A stretch of DNA of 61,355 nucleotides from an uncultured Bacilli bacterium (GTDB lineage: Bacteria; Bacillota_I; Bacilli_A; RF39; UBA660), in the NCBI GenBank assembly GCA_947629035.1, contig CANRCE010000003.1, forward strand, positions 1 to 61,355. The letters are read 5' to 3'. Below the pieces are notes generated by a model that had not been told where the DNA came from, searched no databases, and saw only the letters and a program-made list of their open reading frames with translations. Each line of letters begins with the position of its first letter. Position 1 is the first letter of the stretch. A program made the position numbers and the translations under genes. Below are positions 17,127 through 26,862 of the stretch, one piece after another.

Positions 17127-17390
17127 ATGGAAATTTTAAAAGTATCAAGTAAATCAAAATGTAATTCAGTAGCTGGAGCATTAGCTAATGTTATCAGAGA
17201 TAAAGGAGAAGCAGAAATCCAAGCAATTGGTGCTGGAGCTGTTAATCAAGCAGTAAAAGCAATCGCTATTGCTAGAGGTTTTGTTGCACCAAGCGGAACT
17301 AATTTAATCTGTATTCCGTCATTTATAGATGTAAACATTGATGGTGTGGATAAAACTGCTGTTAAATTTATAGTAAAAGGTGAAGATTAG
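17127..17390 (+). CDS. spoVS: stage V sporulation protein S (SpoVS) homologue
   Basis: Near full-length similarity to SpoVS: MEILKVSSKSKCNSVAGALANVIRDKGEAEIQAIGAGAVNQAVKAIAIARGFVAPSG... Confidence 0.9.
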   Translation: MEILKVSSKSKCNSVAGALANVIRDKGEAEIQAIGAGAVNQAVKAIAIARGFVAPSGTNLICIPSFIDVNIDGVDKTAVKFIVKGED

Positions 17391-17401
17391 GAGGTAATAA
17401 T

Positions 17402-17686
17402 ATGTCAGAAGATAGAATTGCAAGATATGTTGAATTAAAAAATCAAGAAAAAGAAATTAACGCAGAATTAGAAGAAATCAAGAAGGAAATCTATGCAGTA
17501 GGTCAATCTGAATTCGAAGCTGGTGATTATACAATAAGAGTTAGTGAACAAACTAGGATGGATTTCAATAAAGATAATGTAGCTAAACTTATTGAAGCCG
17601 CTATCGCTTCTGGATTAATTAAAAAAGAAGATGTAGAAAATGATTACATCAAAGCAGTTTCATATAAAGTTATTAGAGTAAAATAA
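17402..17686 (+). CDS. hypothetical protein (94 aa)
   Basis: AGGAGG RBS. No motif recognised. Confidence 0.55.
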   Translation: MSEDRIARYVELKNQEKEINAELEEIKKEIYAVGQSEFEAGDYTIRVSEQTRMDFNKDNVAKLIEAAIASGLIKKEDVENDYIKAVSYKVIRVK

Positions 17687-17718
17687 TTGTATAATTTTAA
17701 CGAAGGGAGGAATCTAAA

Positions 17719-17889
17719 TTGACTATTAAAGGATATTATTTAGAAGCCTTGTACCCTCGTTTTAAGGTTTATAGGATAATAGTTATTAACTATGTAAATG
17801 AATTGTCTACTTATACAACTGCTATAAATTTAGGACAAAAAATAGAAGACTATTATCCTTCTTATATAAACCTAGGAGGTATAATATAA
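17719..17889 (+). CDS. small hypothetical protein (56 aa, TTG start; not in the ORF track)
   Basis: GAAGGGAGG lies 8 nt upstream of the TTG. Its stop overlaps the recA-like ATG (TAATG), and it fills an otherwise empty gap. Confidence 0.4.
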   Translation: MTIKGYYLEALYPRFKVYRIIVINYVNELSTYTTAINLGQKIEDYYPSYINLGGII

Positions 17890-18908
17890 TGAGTGCATTA
17901 GATGAAGTATTTGCTAAAATTAATAAAGATATGAAAGAGGAAGTTTGTTTTAAAGGTTCCGCTCAAAGATTAAAGTTTGAAATGTTGCCTAGTGGAATAT
18001 TATCAGTTGATTATGCAACATATGGTGGTTTACCGATGGGAAGAATTCACGAATTTGGTGGAGAACAACATGCAGGTAAAACATTGTTATCATTAATGTT
18101 CATTGCTAGTGCTCAAAAGATATACCCAGAAAGAAAAGCAATCTTTGTAGATGCTGAGAGTAGATTTGATTCTAAATGGGCCAATAAATTAGGAGTTAAC
18201 ATAGATGACCTTTATGTATTCAATCCAGTAACACAATCCGCTGAAGAAATATTTGATTCAATTATAGAGTTTGTAAAAACAGGTGAAGTAAGTATTATCG
18301 TTTTAGATAGTATTGGTCATTTAGTAAGTGGTAAAGTTATTGATGAGAGTATAGATAAAGGAAATTATGGTGGTATAGCCGCTTCGTTAACTAGATTTAG
18401 TAATATTATAACAGGTTTATTAACAAAGTTTAATACTTGTATGATTTGTCTAAATCAAGTTAGAGAAGATTTAGGAGCAATGTTTCCAACTTATAATACA
18501 CCTGGAGGTAAAGCATTTAAACACGCTTGTTCAACTAGAATAGAATTAAGAAAAGGTACATTCATTGATGAAAATGGAAATGATTGTAGTCAAGCTGTAG
18601 AAAATCCTGCAGGTAATAGAGTAAACTTTGTTATACATAAGTTAAGTAATGCTTCTTTAGATAGAAAGAAAGGTCAATTTACACTAAGATATTTAGATGG
18701 TGTTGATTTATATGGTGATTTAATGGATATAGCAATGAAATATGATATAATTCAACAATCAGGTGCTTGGTATAGTTGTATTGTAGATGGTAACGAAATA
18801 TTTAAAGTATCTGGTAAGAAAAGTGTAATTGAAAAATTTAAAAATGATAAAAGTATATATGATTTAGTATATGGAAAGGTAAAGGAAATGTATGAAGACA
18901 TATCTTAA
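17889..18908 (+). CDS. RecA/UvsX-like recombinase
   Basis: Walker A GGEQHAGKT, Walker B IIVLDSIG. The length and layout match RecA. Confidence 0.8.
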   Translation: MSALDEVFAKINKDMKEEVCFKGSAQRLKFEMLPSGILSVDYATYGGLPMGRIHEFGGEQHAGKTLLSLMFIASAQKIYPERKAIFVDAESRFDSKWANKLGVNIDDLYVFNPVTQSAEEIFDSIIEFVKTGEVSIIVLDSIGHLVSGKVIDESIDKGNYGGIAASLTRFSNIITGLLTKFNTCMICLNQVREDLGAMFPTYNTPGGKAFKHACSTRIELRKGTFIDENGNDCSQAVENPAGNRVNFVIHKLSNASLDRKKGQFTLRYLDGVDLYGDLMDIAMKYDIIQQSGAWYSCIVDGNEIFKVSGKKSVIEKFKNDKSIYDLVYGKVKEMYEDIS

Positions 18909-19065
18909 AGGTTTGAAACACAGAGATGGTTGGGTCAATTTTGTAGTTTATTTTAAAGATGGAACACACTATTGTTTCCAATTTATTGAGGGTGGACATC
19001 AAAAAATCAAACAATTATTTGATGAATATGGTGTAGCTTACGAAATGGAAGAAATAAAAAGATGA
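18892..19065 (+). CDS. small hypothetical protein (57 aa; not in the ORF track)
   Basis: ATG at 18892 follows AAGGAAA. Its stop overlaps the next ATG (ATGA), and it fills the gap. Confidence 0.35.
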   Translation: MKTYLKGLKHRDGWVNFVVYFKDGTHYCFQFIEGGHQKIKQLFDEYGVAYEMEEIKR

Positions 19066-19895
19066 TGCGAGTAGGTATTATTAGTTATCTTCCTCATAAT
19101 GAAAAAAGAGAGTCAAGAAAAGCTAATATTAATAGAATATTAGATAAACTCCTTTTAATCATTCCAGAAGGTGTTAAAATATATGTAGTAGCACAAGGAT
19201 ATGACGAAGAAGATTATAGACCTGAATTTAATTATTTTAAATTTAAAGAAGGATTAGGACCTAGTAAAGCAAGAAATGTTTTATTAGACGAATTCTATAA
19301 AAGTGATGACGATAATATGTTATATATAGATGATGATAATATGATATATGATAGATATCACGCTAAAGATTTATTATATGAATGGCATACTAATCCAGAC
19401 AAATTTAAAATGATTGATGTATGTGGATGTGTTAATGGAAGATTTACACCATTTACTAAAAAGAATTCTGCATTAGATTTAGATAACTTTTATCATTTCG
19501 ATAAACTTATTTTTCAAACTACCGGAGAGTGTAGAATAATTAAGAATTTTAGAAAAATAGGAAAACCTTTAATCTGGTACGATGAAAATTGTCCATTAGG
19601 CGAAGATTTAAAATTAAGATTACAATTAGAAGCAAGAAAAGATATTTTCGTTTATCAATGTTCTAATTTAATTCAAGGTTCATTTTGTATGAGAGCAAAA
19701 CAATCAGTATGTTGGGATGCTGAAAGTGATTCTGAATATTATAAAATGCAATTAGAGAGTGCAATGAAAATAAAAGAAGAATTTCACTTTCCTAAAGGTA
19801 GGTTATTAGTTAGATTTAAACAAGGTCAAAATACTTTATTAATACCTAACGAATATAAGAAAATTAAAGAAAATTTAAGCTCGTCTACTAATTAG
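19062..19895 (+). CDS. GT-A fold (family 2-like) glycosyltransferase candidate
   Basis: N-terminal VGIISY, then GPSKARNVLLDEF, then a DxD-type LYIDDDNMIY motif. Confidence 0.45.
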   Translation: MMRVGIISYLPHNEKRESRKANINRILDKLLLIIPEGVKIYVVAQGYDEEDYRPEFNYFKFKEGLGPSKARNVLLDEFYKSDDDNMLYIDDDNMIYDRYHAKDLLYEWHTNPDKFKMIDVCGCVNGRFTPFTKKNSALDLDNFYHFDKLIFQTTGECRIIKNFRKIGKPLIWYDENCPLGEDLKLRLQLEARKDIFVYQCSNLIQGSFCMRAKQSVCWDAESDSEYYKMQLESAMKIKEEFHFPKGRLLVRFKQGQNTLLIPNEYKKIKENLSSSTN

Positions 19896-19904
19896 ACGAG
19901 TTTT
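19880..19904 (+). terminator. rho-independent terminator overlapping the stop codon
   Basis: CTCGTCTA / TAGACGAG stem followed by TTTT. Confidence 0.7.
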
Positions 19905-19907
19905 AAC

Positions 19908-19930
19908 TGTATTAATATGTGAAGGAAGGT
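19908..19930 (+). promoter_or_regulatory. TGTATTA box
   Basis: AACTGTATTAATATGTGAAGGAAGG, directly after the terminator. Confidence 0.45.
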
Positions 19931-19937
19931 AATAGAA

Positions 19938-20153
19938 ATGGATTCAAAATTTTATGCAGTAAAAGAATATGTAGAGAACAAAATTAAATATATCAATGAA
20001 AAACTAAAGAGTGATGAAATCAAAAAGTATCCAGGTTATAGGGAAACAATGAAAGGTAGAAGAACTTGTTTAAGAGTATATGAAGAAATATATTTAGCAA
20101 TTCAACTAGCTGAAAAAGGAGAAGATATTAATGGAGAGAAAAACATTATTTAG
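19938..20153 (+). CDS. hypothetical protein (71 aa)
   Basis: RBS present. No motif recognised. Confidence 0.55.
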   Translation: MDSKFYAVKEYVENKIKYINEKLKSDEIKKYPGYRETMKGRRTCLRVYEEIYLAIQLAEKGEDINGEKNII

Positions 20154-20826
20154 TTCAACAAAGACACTAGTAACATTCGAAGATTATAAAGAAGCCGCTA
20201 TATTAAAAGCATTAAATGGAAAAAGAGACGATGCTTATAAATGTTTAATGAAATTAACAAAAGAACAGTTAGATAAATATAAGGCATCAAAAGAAAAGAA
20301 TAAATTAATTAATTTATTTGATGATGCAGGAATAATATTAGAGGATGATAAATTAAGAAGTACTTATAAAAGATATTTCTTTACAATGGTAGCTTCATTA
20401 GCAATTTTATCTGATAAGAAATATGATTATAGAGCAAAGGATGAATTACCAAAAGAAAGAAAGAAACAAATAAAAGAATTTTATGAAAAAGAAAAATTAA
20501 GGTTTGATAGACAATGTATTCCGTCAGGATTAGAATTAAAAGAATGTATTAGAAGAGCATTAAAAATGACTGCTCCCAAAAAAGCCGATTTGGGACATGT
20601 TTGTGAAAACCTTACTTTAGAGCATTTAATTTACTATTATGTGTCTGGTGATATGACTGAATTATGTTTCGATTTTGGTTATACTGATGATTCTAAAAGA
20701 GGTCTAGTTAAAAAGTTCTTAGAAAATCTTGCCGCTGTATCAGGTATTTATAATTTTATTAGAACACCTGAAGTAAGAAAATTATATCCCGATGTTAGAC
20801 AAAAGAAATTAGCAGAGGAGGAATAA
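20131..20826 (+). CDS. hypothetical protein (231 aa)
   Basis: AAAGGAGAAG RBS. No motif recognised. Confidence 0.55.
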   Translation: MERKTLFSSTKTLVTFEDYKEAAILKALNGKRDDAYKCLMKLTKEQLDKYKASKEKNKLINLFDDAGIILEDDKLRSTYKRYFFTMVASLAILSDKKYDYRAKDELPKERKKQIKEFYEKEKLRFDRQCIPSGLELKECIRRALKMTAPKKADLGHVCENLTLEHLIYYYVSGDMTELCFDFGYTDDSKRGLVKKFLENLAAVSGIYNFIRTPEVRKLYPDVRQKKLAEEE

Positions 20827-20827
20827 A

Positions 20828-21169
20828 ATGGAATATAAATCAACTAGAGCAAAATCAAAAGAACAAGAGAGTATTGTTAGTAAGAATTTAGATATGAAAA
20901 GACAGTCTAATTCTGGCGCTACAGCCTTTTACAAAGGCGATGTCATTGGTTCCAATATACTTATAGAATGTAAGACAGTAATGAAAGAATCAAAGTCATT
21001 TACTATTAAAAAAGACTGGTTAGAAAAGAATAAAGAAGAAGCATTTCAAATGAAAAAGAATTATAGTGCATTAGCATTTAATTTCGGTGATAATAAACAA
21101 AACTACTATATAATAGATGAAAAATTATTTAGACAATTGGTTAGTTACATAGATTCAAATAGTGATTAA
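20828..21169 (+). CDS. small PD-(D/E)XK-like nuclease candidate
   Basis: GDVIGSNILIECKTV gives a D...ExK pattern. 113 aa. Confidence 0.4.
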   Translation: MEYKSTRAKSKEQESIVSKNLDMKRQSNSGATAFYKGDVIGSNILIECKTVMKESKSFTIKKDWLEKNKEEAFQMKKNYSALAFNFGDNKQNYYIIDEKLFRQLVSYIDSNSD

Positions 21170-21172
21170 CTT

Positions 21173-21194
21173 TGTATTATATAATGAAGGAGGT
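21173..21194 (+). promoter_or_regulatory. TGTATTA box
   Basis: TTTGTATTATATAATGAAGGAGG. Confidence 0.4.
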
Positions 21195-21202
21195 ATAACG
21201 AA

Positions 21203-21874
21203 ATGTACCAAAAAATAATAGATGAATTTAATTCAATTCAATTCGTTCATACATTATCAATTAATAGGAAAGCAGTTATCGATGATTTGATTATTGAAAT
21301 AAATGATGACCATTTAACTATAGATAACGCTTTAGTAATAAAAAATATGCTATTATTACTAGCAAAAGCAGGAAAGTTTGTTAATTTAAAAAGACCACTA
21401 AGTATCGGTGGATGGGTTATAATTTCAAGAAAAGGTTATACAGAACCTGAACCAATGAAGAAACTTATTAAAGAACCTATTGAAGTAAAAGAAACTAGTG
21501 TAGATTTATTAGACTCTTTAAGATATGCTTTCGAAGTAGATAAATCAGATGAAAAGTTAGAGCCACAAAAGGCAAAAGGTGCTGAATTACAAGGTAAAGT
21601 TGATTTTAAAGATATTAATTTAGCATTAGATGCTAAAAGTAAAATAGAAGAATTCAGTAAATATGCTTATGAAGAAGAATTACATCCATCTAAACCAACT
21701 AAAATAGCAAATGGTGTACCTATTGAATTTATAGAAGATAGATTCAATCCTAATAATAGAGAGTTAGCTGAAAAATATGGAAAGACAGTAGCAACTATTA
21801 GAAGATGGAGAAGAGAATTAGTTTCTGCTGAAAAGGAAGGTGTTAAGTTAGATGAGTTTAGCAAACAAATATAG
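21203..21874 (+). CDS. hypothetical protein with a C-terminal HTH-like segment
   Basis: NRELAEKYGKTVATIRRWRRE resembles a sigma-region-4 or HTH helix pair. Confidence 0.5.
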   Translation: MYQKIIDEFNSIQFVHTLSINRKAVIDDLIIEINDDHLTIDNALVIKNMLLLLAKAGKFVNLKRPLSIGGWVIISRKGYTEPEPMKKLIKEPIEVKETSVDLLDSLRYAFEVDKSDEKLEPQKAKGAELQGKVDFKDINLALDAKSKIEEFSKYAYEEELHPSKPTKIANGVPIEFIEDRFNPNNRELAEKYGKTVATIRRWRRELVSAEKEGVKLDEFSKQI

Positions 21875-22823
21875 ACCAAAAGATTGGGATGATGTAATAG
21901 AACAAAAATATGCAGTACAAATATTACAGAATCATTTAATGAATAAGAAGTTTAATTCAGTTTATTTGTTTTTAGCACCTGCAGGTGTCGGTAAAACAAC
22001 TTTAGCAAGATTATTTGCTAGTAAAATTAATAATGCTCCAGATAGTTATGTAGAAATAGATGCCGCTAGTTATAATAGTGCTGAAGCAATGAGAACATTA
22101 GTTGAAAATGCTAGTACAGGGTCAATTGGATATGAATATAAAATATTTATTATAGATGAAGTACACGCGTTATCTACTCAAGCCTTTCAAGTATTATTAA
22201 AAATATTTGAAGAGTCTCCTAAGAAAACAATATTTATGTTATGTACTACTGAGTATAAAAAGGTACCAGATACTATTAAGAGTCGTAGTTTAATTCTTAA
22301 ATTAGCAAAGATAACTAATAAAGGTTTACATGATAGATTGAAATATATATGTGAAAAAGAAGGATTAAATGTTAGCGACGATATATTAACTTATATTTCT
22401 AATGTAGCACACGGAGGATTAAGAAGTGGTATAAGTAAATTAGAACAAGTTATTAGTGCAGGAGTTACAGATTTAGCATCAGCAAAGAAGGTATTAGATT
22501 TAGGTATTAGTGAAGATGTATTATTAGAAGTAATAACTAATTTAGATGATTGTAGTAAAGTATTGAGAATTGTTGAAGATGAAATTTATGCACAATGTTT
22601 TGGACCCGAAGATTTTAAAGTAAGTTTACAACAATATGTAACAGATGTCTTAAAATATTATTACACTAATGAAATTAGATATACTAATTTAAGTAGTGTT
22701 GAAGGTTTAAATAATGTAGACCCTATCAAGTTAAGAAAATTATTAAAGAAATTAACTTTTATGAATGTTGTAAACAAAGAGATAATGGATGGTTTATTCA
22801 TATTATTTAATGAGGAGGAATAG
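21852..22823 (+). CDS. clamp-loader AAA+ ATPase (DnaX gamma/tau-like)
   Basis: KYRPKDWDDVIEQ, Walker A APAGVGKTT, Walker B IIDEVHAL, sensor TIKSRS. Confidence 0.85.
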   Translation: MSLANKYRPKDWDDVIEQKYAVQILQNHLMNKKFNSVYLFLAPAGVGKTTLARLFASKINNAPDSYVEIDAASYNSAEAMRTLVENASTGSIGYEYKIFIIDEVHALSTQAFQVLLKIFEESPKKTIFMLCTTEYKKVPDTIKSRSLILKLAKITNKGLHDRLKYICEKEGLNVSDDILTYISNVAHGGLRSGISKLEQVISAGVTDLASAKKVLDLGISEDVLLEVITNLDDCSKVLRIVEDEIYAQCFGPEDFKVSLQQYVTDVLKYYYTNEIRYTNLSSVEGLNNVDPIKLRKLLKKLTFMNVVNKEIMDGLFILFNEEE

Positions 22824-22824
22824 T

Positions 22825-23541
22825 ATGGAATATATAGGCCAAGAACATTTAAAAGAATCAGTAAATGATATTTATAAAAAAGGTGCCGCTATTGTTATTG
22901 GTCCTGATAAATATGGTAAAACATATTATGCACAGGAAGTAGCAAAAGAATTAAATTTAGAATATATTTTAGTAGAGAGTAATGTAGAAAATACTAAAGC
23001 ATTAATTGCTGAAATAAAAGAAGGTAATCTATATCATATAAAAGATTTACATAAAGCAAGACAACAAGTATTAAGTAGATTATTAAAATTATTAGAAGAA
23101 AATATTCCACAAGGAGCTGTTATATTAATAACAACAGAAGCAACTAATACTATTGATACAATATTAAGTAGATGTTTAGTTCTAAAATGTAAGAAATATA
23201 GATTAGAAGAATTAGAAGAAGTGAAAGAACTAGATAAAATGTTATATAATATTTATGATACACCTACTAAGTTAAATGAAGTAAATGAAAATATAGATAA
23301 AGTTATTGATAGTATTGAAGAATATATTAGTGAACCAGCAACATATAAGACAAATGATTTAGGAGATTTTGATTTTAAATTAGTATCGAATGTATTAATT
23401 AGTAAGCTCGCCTTAAAAGGTAATTATATTGCTATAAGGAAAGTAGCATCATTAGCAAAAGGATTTGCAAGAAATGATTATATTCCTAATTGGCAAGCTG
23501 TTCATATGATATTGGAGGAGATAAGAGATGACCTTATTTGA
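22825..23541 (+). CDS. clamp-loader subunit (delta-prime-like)
   Basis: ATG at 22825 is preferred (GAGGAGG RBS). YIGQEHLKE, GPDKYGKTY, and an SRC motif (TILSRC). Confidence 0.6.
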   Translation: MEYIGQEHLKESVNDIYKKGAAIVIGPDKYGKTYYAQEVAKELNLEYILVESNVENTKALIAEIKEGNLYHIKDLHKARQQVLSRLLKLLEENIPQGAVILITTEATNTIDTILSRCLVLKCKKYRLEELEEVKELDKMLYNIYDTPTKLNEVNENIDKVIDSIEEYISEPATYKTNDLGDFDFKLVSNVLISKLALKGNYIAIRKVASLAKGFARNDYIPNWQAVHMILEEIRDDLI

Positions 23542-24415
23542 ATTCAAGGAAAAAGTAAAGAATAAGGATTTAAAGGGTATTTATGTATTGTCAGGTCCAG
23601 AATATTATATAAAAAAGCAATATGTAGATAAAATAACAGAAGACTTTCATTTAGTTAAAGTTAAAGATGTAAATGATTTATATGCTAAGTTAGGTAAAAG
23701 AAGTTTAACTGGTAATTCAGTTAACAATTTATTGTTGTATACAGAAACAATAAAAGATGTTGATTTTGAAAAACTAAAAACAACTAGTGATTCTTTAGTT
23801 ATTATTGTAACTTTAGATGATAAAAAAGACACTATATATTTCGAGCAACTAACCGATGAAGTATTAAAAAAGTATACATCTAGTCCATTATTAAAGTATA
23901 GAGGACAAATAGAAATAGTTAAAGATGCTTTAAGTATTTTAGGAAAAGATGAAAGTCATATTATTGATGTAGGATTAGTGGAAAATGAACTAAAAGCACC
24001 GACACCTGAAGAATATGCAGTAGCAGTAATAGTAGGAGATAAGAAATTACTAATTAGATATAATTATATATTAGTTAACTTAGAAGTATCACCTTATATG
24101 TATATATCAGCATTAATAGAAATGTTATCTATATATAATTTATTTATTAAAAAGAGAAATGTCTTTGATGGCACTAATGAAGCTTATAATTTAGGTTTAA
24201 ATTATGCTTATAGTAAATTGTTAAGAGAGAACTTTGTTCGTCCTAAAACAGAGGCTGAAAAAGCCGCTGGAGGGTATGGAAATTGGAAAACTCTAAGGCA
24301 ATTAAAGGATATCAACTGTATTAAAATACGAGGGGAGGTTTTGGATATATTATTAAATAACTATATGTATTATGATGCAGAAGCTATTTATAATTATCTA
24401 ACATTTTGTTTATGA
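23528..24415 (+). CDS. clamp-loader subunit (delta/HolA-like) candidate
   Basis: The N-terminal LKGIYVLSGPEYYIKKQYVDKI resembles the HolA N-terminus. Position fits. Confidence 0.45.
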   Translation: MTLFEFKEKVKNKDLKGIYVLSGPEYYIKKQYVDKITEDFHLVKVKDVNDLYAKLGKRSLTGNSVNNLLLYTETIKDVDFEKLKTTSDSLVIIVTLDDKKDTIYFEQLTDEVLKKYTSSPLLKYRGQIEIVKDALSILGKDESHIIDVGLVENELKAPTPEEYAVAVIVGDKKLLIRYNYILVNLEVSPYMYISALIEMLSIYNLFIKKRNVFDGTNEAYNLGLNYAYSKLLRENFVRPKTEAEKAAGGYGNWKTLRQLKDINCIKIRGEVLDILLNNYMYYDAEAIYNYLTFCL

Positions 24416-24759
24416 TGGATAGATTAAGGTTTTGGTTCGAAACTGAATGCCTTTGCTATTTAAGATGCATTTGGTTATCTATTAGATATGGATATGATGA
24501 AGATAACCTTGCTGAAATGTTTAATACTAGAGTAAATATAAAACCAGAAGATAGGTTGAAACTAAAAGAAGCATTAGATAGTAGAGATATGAAAAAGTTT
24601 GACGAACTAATGGAAAAGTTAGACATAAGATATGATTTCGATGAAAAAGGATATAATATGTTTTTATATAAAGTAAAATTATATAAGGCAATTATATTTA
24701 TATTATCGATAATATTAGTATATGGTTTACTTGTATTAATATATGAAGGAGGAAAGTAG
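24412..24759 (+). CDS. hypothetical protein with a C-terminal TM helix (start uncertain)
   Basis: No clear RBS. The C-terminal IIFILSIILVYGLLVLIY is hydrophobic. Confidence 0.4.
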   Translation: MMDRLRFWFETECLCYLRCIWLSIRYGYDEDNLAEMFNTRVNIKPEDRLKLKEALDSRDMKKFDELMEKLDIRYDFDEKGYNMFLYKVKLYKAIIFILSIILVYGLLVLIYEGGK

Positions 24760-24760
24760 A

Positions 24761-25357
24761 GTGAACGATAATAACAAAGTAGTTTTAAGTAAAGAACAAT
24801 TAGATAATAATTGGGAGTATTTAAAAACATTATTAAAATCAACTAAAAGAGAAGGAATAGATGATTTAATCAAGTACATTGAATCAACAGATTTTAGGTT
24901 AAGTCCTGCTAGTGCTAGTTATCATCATTCTTATATAGGAGGTTTAGTTGTCCATACTATTGAAGTTTATAAAAATGCTGTTGAATTAAATAAAGCAATG
25001 AAATTCAAAATTAGTGATGAACAAATGATAATTGCCGCTGTATTACATGATTTATGTAAAGCAAATACATATGACACTTATAAAAGAAATGTAAAAGAAA
25101 ATGGTCAATGGAAAGAAGTTGATGCATTCACTAATAATGATAAATGGCCTATAGGTCACGCTTCAAAATCAATTATTATTGCACAAATGTTCATCAAATT
25201 AGATGATTTAGAAATAAGTATGATTTATGGACACATGGGTCCATTTGATGGAAATGAACATTTCTATACAGCATTGACTCAAAAATATCCTGAAGCAATT
25301 TTAATGCATACAGCTGATATGTTGTCAAGTAAGGATACAAGAATTTATGAAAAATAA
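24761..25357 (+). CDS. HD-domain metal-dependent phosphohydrolase
   Basis: GTG at 24761 follows GAAGGAGGAAAG. HHSYIGGLVVHT and VLHDLCK provide the H...HD motif. Confidence 0.7.
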   Translation: MNDNNKVVLSKEQLDNNWEYLKTLLKSTKREGIDDLIKYIESTDFRLSPASASYHHSYIGGLVVHTIEVYKNAVELNKAMKFKISDEQMIIAAVLHDLCKANTYDTYKRNVKENGQWKEVDAFTNNDKWPIGHASKSIIIAQMFIKLDDLEISMIYGHMGPFDGNEHFYTALTQKYPEAILMHTADMLSSKDTRIYEK

Positions 25358-25646
25358 GAAAGTAGGTATTGAGTATTATAATATAGGTAATTATTTAGTT
25401 GCTTATACTGATTATTTACCTAAAAGAAAATTACCTATTTATGTAATATGTCAAAAAGACAATGAATTTATTCATATGGGAATAGTAAAGTATTATGGTC
25501 CTTGGAGAAAATATATTTGGGATACAGACGGAATATTTGATAATATAATATTTGATTCTAAATGTCTTAGAGCAATGGCTGACTTTGTTGATTACATAAA
25601 TAAAGAATATAAAGAAGGAAGGATAGAGGTTAATAGATATGTATAA
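25347..25646 (+). CDS. hypothetical protein (99 aa)
   Basis: Overlaps both neighbours. Weak RBS. Confidence 0.45.
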   Translation: MKNKKVGIEYYNIGNYLVAYTDYLPKRKLPIYVICQKDNEFIHMGIVKYYGPWRKYIWDTDGIFDNIIFDSKCLRAMADFVDYINKEYKEGRIEVNRYV

Positions 25647-26307
25647 AGGTAAAGTATTGATAACAGGAACATCTTCAGGTATTGGTAGAGATACAGCAAT
25701 TCTATTCTGTGAAAAAGGATATGAAGTAATAGGATTCGACATACAAGAATCCGCTATTGCTTATGAAAATTATACACACTATATAGTTGATGTAGGAAAG
25801 AAAGAACAATTACCTGATATAGATGGTGTAGAATATTTAATTAATAATGCTGGAACTATAGAAGAAGATAAATCAATAGAAACAAATTTAATGGGATACA
25901 TAAATGTAGCTGAAAAATATGGTTTTAATGATAGTATTAAATCTATAGTTAATGTAGGTAGTATTAGTGGATTAGTAGGATTAGATACACCAATATATGC
26001 CGCTTCACAAGGAGGAAGAATATCTTATACTAAAAATTTAGCAATAAGAATAGCAGAAAAATATAAGATTCCAGTTAATTGTGTAGCATTCGGAGCAGTA
26101 CTTTCAGGATTAGAACCAAAGTTATATGCTCATAAAGAATTAGTCGACGCTGTCGCTAATGAAAATCTTCTTAATAAATGGATACAACCTGATGAAGCCG
26201 CTGAATGGGTTTATTTCGTCAGTGTTAAAAATAAATCGATGACAGGACAAGTTATCTTAATTGATAATGGTGAGCAAGCGAAATATAATTTCATTAAAGC
26301 ACGATAG
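25639..26307 (+). CDS. short-chain dehydrogenase/reductase-fold protein
   Basis: ITGTSSGIGR (TGxxxGxG) and LINNAG. The expected YxxxK reads Y-A-A-S-Q, so the catalytic Lys may be absent. Confidence 0.7.
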   Translation: MYKGKVLITGTSSGIGRDTAILFCEKGYEVIGFDIQESAIAYENYTHYIVDVGKKEQLPDIDGVEYLINNAGTIEEDKSIETNLMGYINVAEKYGFNDSIKSIVNVGSISGLVGLDTPIYAASQGGRISYTKNLAIRIAEKYKIPVNCVAFGAVLSGLEPKLYAHKELVDAVANENLLNKWIQPDEAAEWVYFVSVKNKSMTGQVILIDNGEQAKYNFIKAR

Positions 26308-26309
26308 GT

Positions 26310-26331
26310 TGTATTATATATTAGGAGGAGG
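26310..26331 (+). promoter_or_regulatory. TGTATTA box
   Basis: GTTGTATTATATATTAGGAGGAGG. Confidence 0.4.
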
Positions 26332-26339
26332 TGTAAAGA

Positions 26340-26831
26340 ATGAGAGTTTACCTAGCGCAATGCATGGATAATCTAGCATACTATGAGCATTTCACAAAGT
26401 TATGCAATTATTTAGAAGGTTTAGGATATTCAGTTTATCATCCTTGGAGAGACGAAGGAGTTATTTTAGAGGATAAATGTACACTTGCTGAATCATTAAG
26501 AACTTTTAATAATGATGTAAACAATATTAGAACTTGTGATGTAATGGTAGCTTGTATTGATGGTTTAGGTCCAGATAGTGGAACTTGTGTTGAGACAGGT
26601 ATTGGTTATGCATTAAATAAACCAGTTATCTTATACACAACAGAATTCAAGTATCTAAAAGAAGGAACTAATATCAATGATGTTTATCCAAAAGAATGCT
26701 TACCTGCTAACGAAAATAGCAAAGTAAGAACACAACCAATGATAAACAATATGTTAATTGGTGTAAGTAACGGAACTGTATGTCATACTTTTGAAGAAGT
26801 TGCTGAAACTATTAAAAACTTGAACTTATAA
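26340..26831 (+). CDS. nucleoside 2-deoxyribosyltransferase-family protein
   Basis: GPDSGTCVETGIGYALNKPVILY matches the DxGTxxExG...KPV core of the family. Confidence 0.65.
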   Translation: MRVYLAQCMDNLAYYEHFTKLCNYLEGLGYSVYHPWRDEGVILEDKCTLAESLRTFNNDVNNIRTCDVMVACIDGLGPDSGTCVETGIGYALNKPVILYTTEFKYLKEGTNINDVYPKECLPANENSKVRTQPMINNMLIGVSNGTVCHTFEEVAETIKNLNL

Positions 26832-26835
26832 TCGT

Positions 26836-26858
26836 TGTATTATATATTGAAGGAGGAA
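26836..26858 (+). promoter_or_regulatory. TGTATTA box
   Basis: GTTGTATTATATATTGAAGGAGGAA. Confidence 0.4.
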
Positions 26859-26862
26859 GAAT

